Assembly (NCBI RefSeq): GCF_009914755.1
Contig: NC_060930.1
Source of the DNA: the human T2T-CHM13v2.0 reference genome, Homo sapiens
Direction: 5' to 3' (one strand)
DNA: 64,000 nucleotides
Part shown: positions 14,166-27,781 of the stretch, one piece after another
How the letters are laid out: the number at the start of each line of letters is the position of its first letter
Numbering within the stretch: the first letter of the stretch is position 1
Program-made: the position numbers and the translations under genes
Notes under the pieces: model-generated
Database searches by the model: none
Told to the model about the DNA's origin: nothing
Seen by the model: the letters and a program-made list of their open reading frames with translations, nothing else

Positions 14166-14344
14166 AGGGCTCTGAGTTGGAGTGGTCGTGATGCTGCTTC
14201 ACCTCCCCATGAGGAGTCATATGGTAGCAGCAGAGGTGGTCATGACCTGAAGCCAGCGGGAGGGGCCGGAGGAGTGGGGAGCTATCCAGACTGTTATTGG
14301 TAACAACACAGAAAGTCCAAAGGTTATTGTTAGGCTAGAAAAAG

Positions 14345-17300
14345 ATTACACTTCATAAAACCATGTTTATTCAAAAAAATCTATTCAGAAAGTCTGGAAA
14401 GCGTAATAAATATCTGTACAGTGGCCACCCATCTCAAACATGAATTACAAAGCAGGAACATAAAAATGATGTGTAAACATAACTGCTGAGCCAGTGAACA
14501 AAGTGCTGAGTCAGGAGCGAGGCAGAGAAGCGTGCTCAGTAGAACGACACAGATGCTGCAGCCTCCGTCCTCAGCCCCTCAAGCTGCGCTGGAGTCCACC
14601 TTCCGCCCTCTCCACACCGCTCAGGGACCGGCAGCGTCCTTCTCCATTCTCGAATTTGCATGACGCTTAGAAAGGTAGGAGGCAGCAAAACGTGTCAGAA
14701 ATGAACGGAGTGCAAATCAAACTTTGCCATGTGCTTGAGAGAATCAGTAAAGCGTTAGGTAAAAATCCCAAGTGCAGCTTTAGGATAACACCATTTAATG
14801 AACAATACTGGATAACATTAAGTACTATTATCACTTTAAAATTCAAACAATCTTCCAAACATCAATACATACACAGTTAGTTTAAAATCACAGACAAATC
14901 GGACTTGAGGGTAAAAGTGAAATCCTCACCTCTTGCCCATGTTTGACTTTGGGATGGAATTCAGCAAAGCTCTCCCACTGCAGATTGGGAGAATCAGGTA
15001 TTTCTCCCACATGGGGGGCTGCCAGGGAAGGAGGACCCTATAGGGTGGCCAGCAAGGGGCCACTGGCGGTAGGTCAGGAAGCCTGAGATCTAGGGTTCAA
15101 TGTGTTTATAAGTTCTGTGATTTTCATGACCCGGGGGTGGGGGGTTGGGTTATGATGAACTGTGTGAGGAAGGAGAGCCAGTTAACTTTTGGGGAGGTCT
15201 ATGTCATTTGTGCAAATCATACGGAGCATTTCATTCGTTGTGGAGGTGCGCTGAGCTGGCAAAATGCGAATTCTAAGAACACCTTCATTTACATGTCGAC
15301 TGCTGCTTGAAAGCAGTCACTTGCTATTTCACTAAGGTTTTTGAAAGCTTAGTTTAACATATGATACCATAACTTCTTTAGGCTGACTTTTGTGGAAGGA
15401 TGTCAAGTATCATTTTGTTCTGGATATGGGAGGGAAAGTAGAGGTATTTCACAGACACTCAGCGGAGCAGGGCCAAGCCAGTGTTCTCCTCCGCTGATGC
15501 ACATCAAATACATGTAAGGACAGAGCTCGCTGTGATGGGGAGTCTCGTCGGTCCCTTTGGCATTCTTAGAGTTCAGAAGCTAAGTCTGTACAAACTGGGA
15601 TGACTGAAAAAGACCATGAGCTGGTGCCCCATGGGCACACAAGGAGGGAAAACCGTGGCCGCTTTCTCACGGATGCTTTCCCTTTCACTTCCCCCACTTC
15701 TCACTCCCTGCACCAGAACCCACTGACTTTAAGCAAACAGACAGGCCTGCACACCAAGCCAGGCCAAAGGGTCCGGGCAGCTGATGGGGGAATCGTTGCC
15801 TGTGTAGCAAGCAGAAAAGGTGATGACTTTTGTTCATTTCTGGGAGGACAGATTGTGTGACCTCAGGATTATCCACTTCTTCCTAAGTTTCTAAAAAGAA
15901 GTGAAATAATTAAGACCTAAAAAGCAAATTCATCATGGTGGAAGTCGTTCTAGCCTTGGGAAAAAGCATCTTCTATGGAGAAAATGTGAGGAATACCCTG
16001 TGGGCACTATGGAAACAGGTATTCAGTCCGACTTGCTCCTTTTATGTTTTGTGGTTCTCTAAGAAAAAAAAATCCACATGGATTAAAGCTTGTGAAACAA
16101 GTTTATATTTTAAGGTCTGAAAACAATCAGACCAAGCTAAGGAGTTATTTTTCAGAACGCAGCACATTTTTTCTTTATTTTTTTTTTTTTAGTTGGGTAC
16201 GAGAATCGAGATGGAGGGGGAACAAAACCCAACAAAATAACATCTTCTTAGGGAAAACCTGGCTGTGGCCAGCGGGCACCTCCTGAAGCCCTGCTTGCTG
16301 CAGAGGCGCCGCTCTTCAGTGATGCAGGGTGAGGGGCTGAGCGGCGCCTCCTCCCATCTAGTCTGCTTGGGGGCCGCCAGGGAGCATCTTCAACACCCTT
16401 ACAGGACAATGAAGGACCCGTGTGTTCCCTCTGCCGGCTGGACTGGGCGTCGATCCTGCTGCCCGGAACCTCTCACTCGATTTTACTCAATGAAGTAGAG
16501 CACAGCATGGCCTAAATGCCCCACACCCGCCCTGTGTGCACACCCAGGGGAATACGGATCAGTGTGAAAAAACAGATCTGTGCAACAGAGACACAAAACG
16601 CAACACAAAGCCACAGCATCTACAAAGTGCATCGCTCCTGTCCACGCTGATCTCCGCTGCCCTCCCACCTGTGCCTCTGCCCCTCAGTCTGCTGGGTGGG
16701 GCCTGTGTCTCCCTCCAGCCTCCAGCTGGACTGAGAAGGTTTGGGTGGGAAGCCACAGAGCTCCATTTCTCCAATTCACAGTTTCTCCACAGACCAGAAA
16801 AATCGAAGTGAACACAGCAAAACCACAGCTTTAGGTGAGCACACAGGAAGCCGACACAGGGCTGAGCAGGTGCGAGAACCCACGACTCCCTGCAAAGCCT
16901 CCAGATAGCTGTGTGGCCACGGGAGCTGGGGACAGACGGCAGCCCAGTGCGCTTGGCCCCCCGGGGAAAGCCGAGACTGGAGGTGGACACAGGCTCCTCC
17001 GAGAGGCACCCCCTTCCATCCTGGTGACACGGAGCTCTCAAGGCAAAGATCCAGCCTGCCTTCCTCTCGTCTGGGCTCTTACTCCTCATTTGAATCTGGG
17101 ACAGAGGAAAGGATGGGCTACCCAGCACCTCAGGCAAAAACTGAAGGGCGAGGAGGAAACGGCTCTTTGGATTATTTTGGGCAGAACCAGGCATCTCCTC
17201 CTGGACGCCACAGTGCCAACCCCGTCATCCAGCCCGTGGGGAGCCCCGGGATGCCAGGTCACCCCAGCCCTCTGGGGCCCTGCAACCACCAATGGCTGCG

Positions 17301-17720
17301 CCCTCGCACTGCCACTTTCCCACCGGGTACCTGGGACGTGGGTGTCGGGAGTCTGACCAAACCGACCGGCTTCATAATTGGAAAACAGATCTCTCGGCAG
17401 AAACAGAAGCCATGTATGAGAGGACCCGCGGGCTCTGAAAGAAGCCCCCGGCCTCGCACGGGCACGCGAGGTGAAGGGGCGCATTTGGTTTTGCTTGGGA
17501 GAAAAGAGAGCGGGCGGGGAGGCTGGCGCAGTGAGGCTTGGAGAAGCCCCCAGGTCAGGACCCTCTCCGGGGCTGAAAAAGAAAACACGGACACGGCGAG
17601 GGCGGGCGCCGCCTCCCTGCTGGACTTGTGGTCACTCTGGGTGCCAGACGGGCTCCGAGGCCGGGGTCTGTGAGCCCACGAGGATGCTGGCAGGGGACGC
17701 TGGGGCCAGGGTCCCACCCG
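14345..17720 (-). other. RPS6KA2: RPS6KA2 3'UTR (~3.4 kb; distal end approximate)
   Basis: Repeat-free unique sequence between the stop codon and AATAAA, in contrast to repeat-dense flanks. Confidence 0.8.
14366..14371 (-). terminator. Polyadenylation signal AATAAA (second copy at 14323-14328)
   Basis: tttatt on + strand; TGTA motifs upstream on the minus strand; the repeat-free block ends here. Confidence 0.75.
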
Positions 17721-17846
17721 CTACAACCGCGTGGACGTGAGTCTCTTCATGCCTCTGCGCTGAGCCAGGTTGGACGACAGCACGGGCTCCAGCCGCGGGG
17801 CCTGAGGTGTTCTGTTTAGAGCAAAGTAGGTGGCGGCCATCGCGCC
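17721..17846 (-). CDS. RPS6KA2: RPS6KA2 terminal coding exon: [41 protein letters not shown] (ERK docking LAQRR, PDZ ligand STRL)
   Basis: End of ORF 17721..18086(-); ttgcag|GGC; TAG stop at 17721-17723. Confidence 0.97.
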   Translation of the reverse strand, partial: GAMAATYFALNRTPQAPRLEPVLSSNLAQRRGMKRLTSTRL

Positions 17847-18752
17847 CTGCAAAACAGAAGACAAGGGTGAGAGCCGCGGCGCCTCACTCCAGGGGTTGAG
17901 CCGGAGCCCGGGGCCTCCATGGGCCTCAGCTGCCCCCAGGCAACGTGGGAGAAACCAGAGCTTCCCCAGGGTCCCTGGAGCATGGAGTGCTGTTAGCCTG
18001 CCGCCAGGGGCCAGCACACGTGGGCCCCAGGAGACAGGGGCCCTGTCTCCTGCACCTGCCCCCCCGACCCCATGCCACCCTGGCACTGTGCTTGTGCCTT
18101 GGGGGAAAATGTTTTGGACGCTTGTGGAGCCCCCAGGCTGAGGTCACGTGATCCCCTGCATTCTGACAGTGAGGCCAGGTCTGTTTTGGGGCTCGCTGGG
18201 TCCTAGGGGACACAGCGAATGCCAGGGCCTGTCACCCTGGACTTTGGCCACTGTTGAGGAGTCTGGACTCATTTGGAGGAACAGGCATATCCTGGAGTGA
18301 ATCCAAATTCTCAGAATGGATCTGGAGGGGGCGGCTCTTAACTGGATCATGCCTATTCCTGCTGGGGTGGGACAGTCTACACTTTTCAGAAAAGGAGTCC
18401 CACCCAGAGGATGGGGTGCCTGAGAGGCTACTGCTGCCTGAATGTAAGTCACTTATGAAGGGGACTTTTTTTGCATGTGTGGCCTAGAATGGAGGCTTTG
18501 AACTTGAGTGGAACAGCCACACCAGCTGCCACCACGTCAGCAGAGGCTGCCACCTACTCAGGTAGGAGCCCTGTGCAATACTGCACGTGTCTGGTGAAGT
18601 GCACGAAGGTAGGTGGGCCGGCGGTGCAGTTTGGGGCTGCTATGGGCTCTTTCTCTGCACTCTGTGGTTTCTTCGGAGTGATTGCAAGGTATCAGGCTCT
18701 TTTCTGGGTTTCCCATTCCCACCACTCTGTCCTCACTGTCGCCTGCCGGTAC

Positions 18753-18890
18753 CTTCACCAGGTGCACGTCCTGTCGGCTGAGCTGGTTTGGGGACAGGTA
18801 CTCTCTGTTGACCACCCACGGGTGTTTGAGCACTTGCATCGCCGTCAGGCGCTGATGAGGGTCCACGTGGAGCATCTTGGACACGACGTC
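18753..18890 (-). CDS. RPS6KA2: RPS6KA2 penultimate exon: [46 protein letters not shown]
   Basis: Overlaps ORF 18558..18884(-); tggcag|GAC ... AAG|gtaccg; 138 nt. Confidence 0.97.
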
Positions 18891-19683
18891 CTGCCAGGGA
18901 AGGTCACGAGAGTCGGGGGGATGGTTGGATCATTTGTGCTGGGTCAGAGAGCCTCCCCAGCAGAACTCCTCTCCCTCTATGGCAACACCCAACCACTATG
19001 CTGAGTGTGGGTCTTTGCATTTTGGGGTCATGTTCACTTTCAGGTTTAGAAGTATGTCAATGGTTTTTAGCTTTAAATATTACCAAACTTGGAAGTTCAC
19101 TGAAGGTTTATCTTTTATTAAATATTTCATGTCTAAAAAGTTAAATGTGGAAATATTAGATGATGCATGTAAATCGATGAAACACTGTTTCTTGTAACAA
19201 TTATATCTTTCCAAAGGGAAAAGCTGAAATAATTAATATTCCACAGGTAGAAATCAATTCATAATGATGCACATACTTACATTTTTTATCAGGACTACCC
19301 ATAAATATTTACTACAAATAATCAGAAACCGCAAAATCTACAATCTGGAGCCATCAGATATGTCCAGTGGGTTCATGTGCAATAATGGTATTTTTCCATT
19401 TCATTGTAAAGTCGTAGCAGTAAAAACCTCTAAAACAAGATTCTACATGTGTGTACACATGCACATACAATACAGTGCACATTCTATTACAGTGAATTAC
19501 ATTTGCAGAGTACTTGGTTACAGTGTGAATTACATTTGCGGACAAACCTGATGCTTCTGCTCTAATCACCATAATCATCCTTGAGGTAAATGGGGCAAAT
19601 ATTACTTTTCCTAATTTGCAGATGAAGACATTACTGCCTGAGGAAGATCCAAGATGAGAATCCATATTCTCTCCACTAGCCTA

Positions 19684-20044
<361 letters not shown>

Positions 20045-20769
20045 AGAATGCATATAGAATGTGAAGTTGAATTACTCATTAGAATTTTGGGTCATGAAAC
20101 AACTAAGAAATACTATGCACAATAACAATATCTTTTTTATACAGAAAAATCTAATGCCTTTTGATATTTGATAACATTGACCTTGGTAATTTCTTGAAAC
20201 AAGTATCTCCTAGAAAAATGAGTGTTGTCATTTTCAGGTGTAAAAACAAAAGCCTTTAGGGCTTTAATAACTCTTTTCACGATCTTATAGTCATGACACT
20301 GAGAGAAGCAGTATTTTTACTTCATACCTGTAGGATGTGGAGAAAGACATACTAATTTGTAGCTTTGCTGGTGTTTGGAGGACTGGAGGTTCTGTTGTGT
20401 GCTAAGTAAGAGAAAGGAAGAGGCACAGGGGAAAGACGGGGGATGTGGTGGTGGTAGGGACTGGTGGTGAAGGGCAGGAAGGGTTGGTGAGGCCCTGTGA
20501 GGCGGCAGAGACCTCTGCCTGCAGCAGCGATCTTGACAATGTGCCCTTGTCCTTGACTTTGCTCCTTTTCCAACACCTTCTCCCTGCTCCCATGCCAGCT
20601 TCCAAGATGGCCTTCCAGACAAACCACCAGCACCCACGTCCTAGTCTGAGGCTCTATTTTGGGAACCAGAACTAAGACATCTACACTCATTTAAGACAAA
20701 GTGAGGGTGTGGACAGGAGCATTTGGACTGTCAGGGTCTGACATCTGGGATATGCTCACTAAATGCCAG

Positions 20770-22460
20770 CTGCCATCACCTCTGCCACCACCTCCACCAT
20801 CACCCTTACCATCATTCCTCCATCACCCCCACCATAATCTTCACCATCACCTCCACAATCATCCTCACCATCCTTCCTCCATCACCCCCACCATTACCCT
20901 CACCACAATCACCTTCACCATCATCTTCACCATCTCCACCATCATCCTCACCATCCTCCTCCATCACCCCCACCATTACGCTCACCATCATCTTCACCAC
21001 CTCCACCATCATCCTCACCATCTCCACCATCACCCTCACCATCCTTCCTCCATCACCTCCACCATCCACCCTCACCATCCTTCATCACCCCCACCATCAC
21101 CCTCACCATCATCTTCACCACCACCTCCACCATCACCCTCGCCATCCTTTCTCCATCACCTCCACCATCACCCTCACCATCATCTTCACCACCACCTCCA
21201 CCATCACCCTCGCCATCCTTTCTCCATCACCTCCACCATCACCCTCGCCATCATCTTCACCACCACCTCCACCATCATCCTCACCATCTCCACCATCACC
21301 CTCGCCATCCTTTCTCCATCACCTCCACCATCACCCTCGCCATCATCTTCACCACCACCTCCACCATCATCCTCACCATCTCCACCATCACCCTCACCAT
21401 CCTTCCTCCATCACCTCCACCATCCACCCTCACCATCCTTCATCACCCCCACCATCACCCTCACCATCATCTTCACCACCACCTCCACCATCACCCTCGC
21501 CATCCTTTCTCCATCACCTCCACCATCACCCTCGCCATCATCTTCACCACCACCTCCACCATCACCCTCGCCATCCTTTCTCCATCACCTCCACCATCAC
21601 CCTCGCCATCATCTTCACCACCACCTCCACCATCACCCTCGCCATCCTTTCTCCATCACTTCCACCATCACCCTCACCATCATCTTCACCACCACCTCCA
21701 CCATCACCCTCGCCATCCTTTCTCCATCAACCCTACCATCACCCTCGCCATCATCTTCACCACCACCTCCACCATCACCCTCACCATTTTTTCTCTGTCA
21801 CCTCTGCCGTCACCCTTGCCATCCCTCCTCCATCACCTCTACCATCACCCTCCACCATCATCTCTGCCATTACCTTCCATTATCTTCACCATCACCTCCA
21901 CTATCATCTCTGCCATTACCCTCATTAGCCTCACCATCATCCCCATCACCTCCACCATTACCTCCACAATCACTACCATCATCTCTCACTATCATCTCCC
22001 ACCACTCCCACCGTCACCTCCATGATCACTGCCACCACCTCTGCCACTTTTGCCATCCCTTCATCACCTCCATCATTTCCTACCATCACCTCCAAAATGA
22101 TCACCTCCACGATCACTCCCGCCACCTCTGCCACCACTTCTGTCATCCCTCCACCATCAGCTCCATCCCTGCTCCCACCATTACCTCCACCATCAGCTCC
22201 ATCCCTGCTCCATTACCTCCACCATCATCTCCACAATCGTCACCTCCACCATCCCTCCACAATCACCTCCATCATCACTCCTGCCATTATCTCCACCATC
22301 ATTTCCACAATCATTCCCTCCACCATGCCTTCACCATCACCTCCATCATCGCTGTCGCCACCTCTGCCACCACTTCTGCCATCCCTACACCATCACCTCC
22401 ATCATCATTCCCGCCATTACCTCCACCATCATCTCTACAATCATCACCTCCACGCTCACT
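20770..22460. repeat. ~1.7-kb (CAC/CAT)-rich tract with a 71-bp higher-order core
   Basis: catcctttc recurs at 21501, 21572, 21643, 21714; G almost absent on +. Confidence 0.95.
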
Positions 22461-22799
22461 GCATGAAGTTGCACTGAGATGTCAACAGCAGAATTGGAAT
22501 CAGAGCCCCTGACTCCTTCTCTTTCAGCCCTTTTACATGAACACGGGAACAGCTGTTGGTGCTGCTTACCAGTGGCTGGATTATGATTTACTATTGGATT
22601 AGAGAGGAATTTGATGATGCCAAGTAAAAAAGCGTCTGATGGGCAAACGAAATAAGGCCGGTCATAAACTGTGTGGACTGCAGACAAGGCCAAATTCAAA
22701 GTATTTTACAAGAACAGAAGTATACCTCTGGACCAGAGCTCTACTTGTTTGTTTGGTTTATGAACATGCAGGGCAATCATTCTGCAATATCACTAAAAG

Positions 22800-23691
<892 letters not shown>

Positions 23692-23748
23692 TCATATGGC
23701 TATTTCAGAATCTGAATATTTAAAAGCAATGCTGGGACATGTACTCAC

Positions 23749-23866
23749 TTTAGCTGCGTCAGATATCGAGTCCCAGTTTCCCCCAGAAAGGGCATACTTC
23801 CCACTGCCGATCCGCGCCAGAATCTCCTCAGGGGTATCGTCTGGCCCATTTGCAAAAGGGGTAAAT
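23749..23866 (-). CDS. RPS6KA2: RPS6KA2 exon: (G)[39 protein letters not shown]
   Basis: Manual translation; atacag|A TTT ... AAA|gtgagt; 118 nt, phase 2 to 0, matching the previous exon. Confidence 0.96.
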
Positions 23867-25405
23867 CTGTATAATTAGACAAATTTGTGGTAATGAGCTT
23901 GTATTTTACAACCTAAAATAAAGTTTGCAAGTTGATATCACCCCTTGGCTGTTCAAAGGAATAGCACTTTGCTTCTCCCTCCTCTGCTCTGAAGCCAGGA
24001 TTCATGGGAAAGCGGAACTTACCTCTAACACTATGCCCGTTTTCCTTCCTTAGCAATTGGGTGGCTAGAGGTTGATGGGCAAGTGGGAGAGCCCTGTGAG
24101 ACCTGTGCTGTATCCCCTCCGGACCCAGGTAAACTGGGATGGGGTGGCCTAGTGAGTTGCCTGGTGCCGTGGTTTCCACGGTGATGGTGTGGCATCATGC
24201 GAGAGAGCCTGAGACGTGGAGTCTGAGAGACCCACGGTGGATGTATTCCCAACTCTGTGTTCTTTGACAAGTTAACTTTTTGAGCCTCCACTGCAAATGC
24301 AGAGTGTATGCACAAATACACATACATGCTTGGTGCAGCTCTGGCCATATTCCAAGCGCGTGGGAGGTGTTCATGGTGTCCCACCTTAAAACACACCCAC
24401 ACACTCCTAGGAAAGGAAGGACACGTGTGCTGCCAGCGCTTCCTCTAGTGGGAAAGTGTGTGATCTAGTTTTCCGTATAGGCAAAGTGAGTATTAGAAGC
24501 GTCACAAAGTAACCTGACTGTGGTATTGGTAAGAAACTGAGGTTCCTTCCTTTGCTACTGCAGTCCTCAGGGTGCGGCTTCAGGGCCTGATTTACTCTCC
24601 TTCTGCTGTGGACACTACCTGTTGACTTATGATGAAATAAGTGAAAAGCAGGCCAAGCTCATTCATTCTCATGAGGGCATTCAAGCCATTTTGCTACAGC
24701 AAACAGGATTCGATGGTCTAGGGTTCTTTTCTTTTTGCCTCCATTCAAGTATTTAATAAACGTAATAGGAACCAGCGGATCTTGTAAGATCCTAGACCTT
24801 CCTGCCTAGAAGCAACCATGGTGTGTCCTCTTCTCACTCAGGGGAGAGGGAAGGGAGGCTGGTACAGGTTAAAGTGTTTAGCCCAGAGTCACGGCTAGTG
24901 GCGAGTGGGGCTCAGATGGAAGTCAGCTGTCTGGATGGCAGGCCCAGGCCACTTTCTGTAACACCACGTGTCTTACCACAATGAACCGGCCCGTGCATGA
25001 CTCATGACCACGAAACCCAGGTACAGATGCTGTTTGACCCTGAAGCTGCTATGGGGCTTTCGGTTTAAGAGGATGTCTGGAAGGCACATCTGTTGCTACC
25101 TTTTAAAACAGTGGCAGGTGCAGCAGAGAGAATGGGGACTATGCTGGCAAAAGACTTGATGTTTTGTTCATGAGCTGAGTTTAAAGAAAATGGGTGGCTA
25201 CATTTCTTGTCCTTGTTGTTCAGTTGTCCTGAGGGGCTAAGAAAGTCTGCGAGTGTTCACTCAAGGCCTGGGAGTGTTTGCATACACGTTGGGTTTGCCC
25301 ACATGCGCACACTAGGACAGGGCTGGCCCTGGTCCCCTGACAGATCAGCCACTGAGGCTGCTGCCCTGTGTCTCCTCCTGACACCTGTTTGAGGTGACTG
25401 CTTAC

Positions 25406-25482
25406 CCTGCCAGCATGGTGTACAACAGGATCCCCAAACTCCAGATGTCACACGCCGCATCATAGCCTTGACGCTTCAGGAC
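25406..25482 (-). CDS. RPS6KA2: RPS6KA2 exon: VLKRQGYDAACDIWSLGILLYTMLA(G)
   Basis: Manual translation; tcctag|GTC ... GG|gtaagc; 77 nt, phase 0 to 2. Confidence 0.96.
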
Positions 25483-25759
25483 CTAGGAGGGAACGACAGG
25501 ACACCGGCACGCCCTTCACTAAGGACATTCAGATTGACAGCACGTTTCTCCAGCGGCATCCTACGCCGGCAAGCTGGGGACCAGGAGGAGGGCGGTGCCA
25601 TGTCTTCGGTGTGACCACTGTTTCTTAAGGCAAAGCCAACCCTAAGGTACTGCAGTGGGACTCCTCCCAGGCCAGCCACATGGTAAACTAGTACTCTTTC
25701 CAGACACATGACAGACAGGCTGAAAAGGAGGGCCTTAATTTTTAAGGCAGAAGGATTTT

Positions 25760-26320
25760 TCTGTTACGGTAAAATATGTATGACATAAAATTGACCATCA
25801 AAGCCCTTTTTAAGTGCACAGTTTAGCAGCATTAAGCCCATTTACATTGTGGTGCCAACATCACCACCATCCATCCACAGAGCATTTCACCTTCCCAAAC
25901 TGAAACTCTGTCCCCATTAAACAACAACTCCCTGTCCCCCAGCCCCCAACACCTACCCTTCTACTGTCCGTCTGTGTGAATCTGACTCCTCCAGGGACCT
26001 CATAGGAGTGGAATTATGCAATGTTTGTCTTTCTGTGACTGGCCCATTTCACTTAGTATAACACCCTAAGCTTCCTCCAGGGGTCAGAAGTTCCTTCCTT
26101 CTGCAGGCTGGACAATGTTCCGCTGTGTGTGCATGCCACGTTTTGCTTACCCATTCATCCACCGAGGGACACTCTCGTGGCTTCCACCTTTTGGCTGTTG
26201 TGAATAGTGCTGCTATGAACATGGGTGGACACATGTCTCTTTGCGTCCCTGCCTTCAATTCTTTTGGGTATATACCCAGAAGTTCCATTCTGGGCTACGT
26301 GATAACATTTAATTTTTTTG
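25760..26320 (-). mobile_element. Old L1 3' fragment
   Basis: ORF 26049..26288(-) LLGIYPKELK...PMFIAALFTTAKRWK resembles the L1 ORF2 C-terminus. Confidence 0.75.
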
Positions 26321-26837
26321 AAGAACTGTTAAAGCAGCAAAACTTGTATGCATCCTAGGATTACATACTTCAGTAGAGGGCAATCCTCTGATATAGTTAC
26401 AGTTGAATAACAACAAAGGAAGCCACAATGGTGCTCATGGATTACTGCAGATGACTGGATTTAGCATTAAATATCGAGTCGGGAGAGCTCGGCTCAATTT
26501 CCTTAGAGATGAGAGCAAGGAGCCTGTCCTTTTCTCTGTATCGCTGCTACCATGTGTGAGCCTGCACCATGGAGGGGACCAGCCAGCGCATGCTGAATGA
26601 ATGTGGTGCTCATGGTGCAAGCCTCACTTCCTAATCCATCAGCGGGGTGACCTTCAGAAGTCACTTACACACATGGAGCTTGTGCTTTCTGACTCTGTGA
26701 AACATGGTTAATAGATTTTACCCTGCCTACTTTGTATGGTGGATGAGAGTGAAAGTAAAAAAAGTTGGTAAAAGTGCTTTGTAAATGGCAAAGGAATATC
26801 ACAACCTAGGGCATTCTACAATCAATAAAATCAATAT

Positions 26838-27354
26838 TGTGGGAGACCAGAATATGCCACCCCAAAATATGCTGCATAGGCGTGAGGGGCGCTGAGCTGA
26901 AGATACATAAGAAGCAGCAGATGCAGGAGAGCTCTGTGTCCTCCATTTGTCTAAAATCAGGACATGGATTAAGACAAAAGGTACCTACCCCCAACCAGAG
27001 AGGACAAAGGCTTCCCCTAGGGACAGCTTTGGATGCATGTGGTCCCACCTGGGACCAGCCTCCATAGGCCAGCCCTGCACCTCCCCAAGCTGCAGCCCCT
27101 GGAGACCCTAACCCTCTTCCTTTGTCTTGCCAGGTCTCTAAAAATTCTCTGTTCTTTGTTGCAGATACCATGTAGGCTGGATTCAAAGCCACCTCTGTGA
27201 GGATGACTCCTTCTCTGGGCATCTCGCATGCATAAATGAGAAGATGTGTGTTAATAAACTTCTTTTTCTCTTGTTAATCTGTCTTTTGTTACAGGGGTCT
27301 GGTCCAGCTAAGAACTTATGAGGGATGAGGAAAACGTCATTTTCCTCCCCCATA
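26838..27354 (+). mobile_element. ERV1 MER4-group solo LTR (MER34/MER39-like)
   Basis: tgtgggagaccagaatatgccaccccaaaatatgc start; ttaataaactt poly(A) region; tttcctccccca end. Confidence 0.7.
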
Positions 27355-27391
27355 ATATTATCAATATTAATATTGATTAAGTAAGGCATGA

Positions 27392-27781
<390 letters not shown>

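Noticed and set aside
14504-14513. TGCTGAGTCA (NRF2/MAF ARE-like motif) in the 3'UTR
   Set aside because: A single short motif with no supporting context
16559-18213. Dense overlapping 130-210-aa ORFs around the last exon
   Set aside because: Expected in GC-rich UTR and intron DNA; no recognisable homology beyond the RSK3 tail
20701-22512. 603-aa and 401-aa His/Pro/Ser/Thr-rich ORFs
   Set aside because: Stop codons are nearly impossible on a G-less CAC/CAT strand; antisense within an intron; no domain
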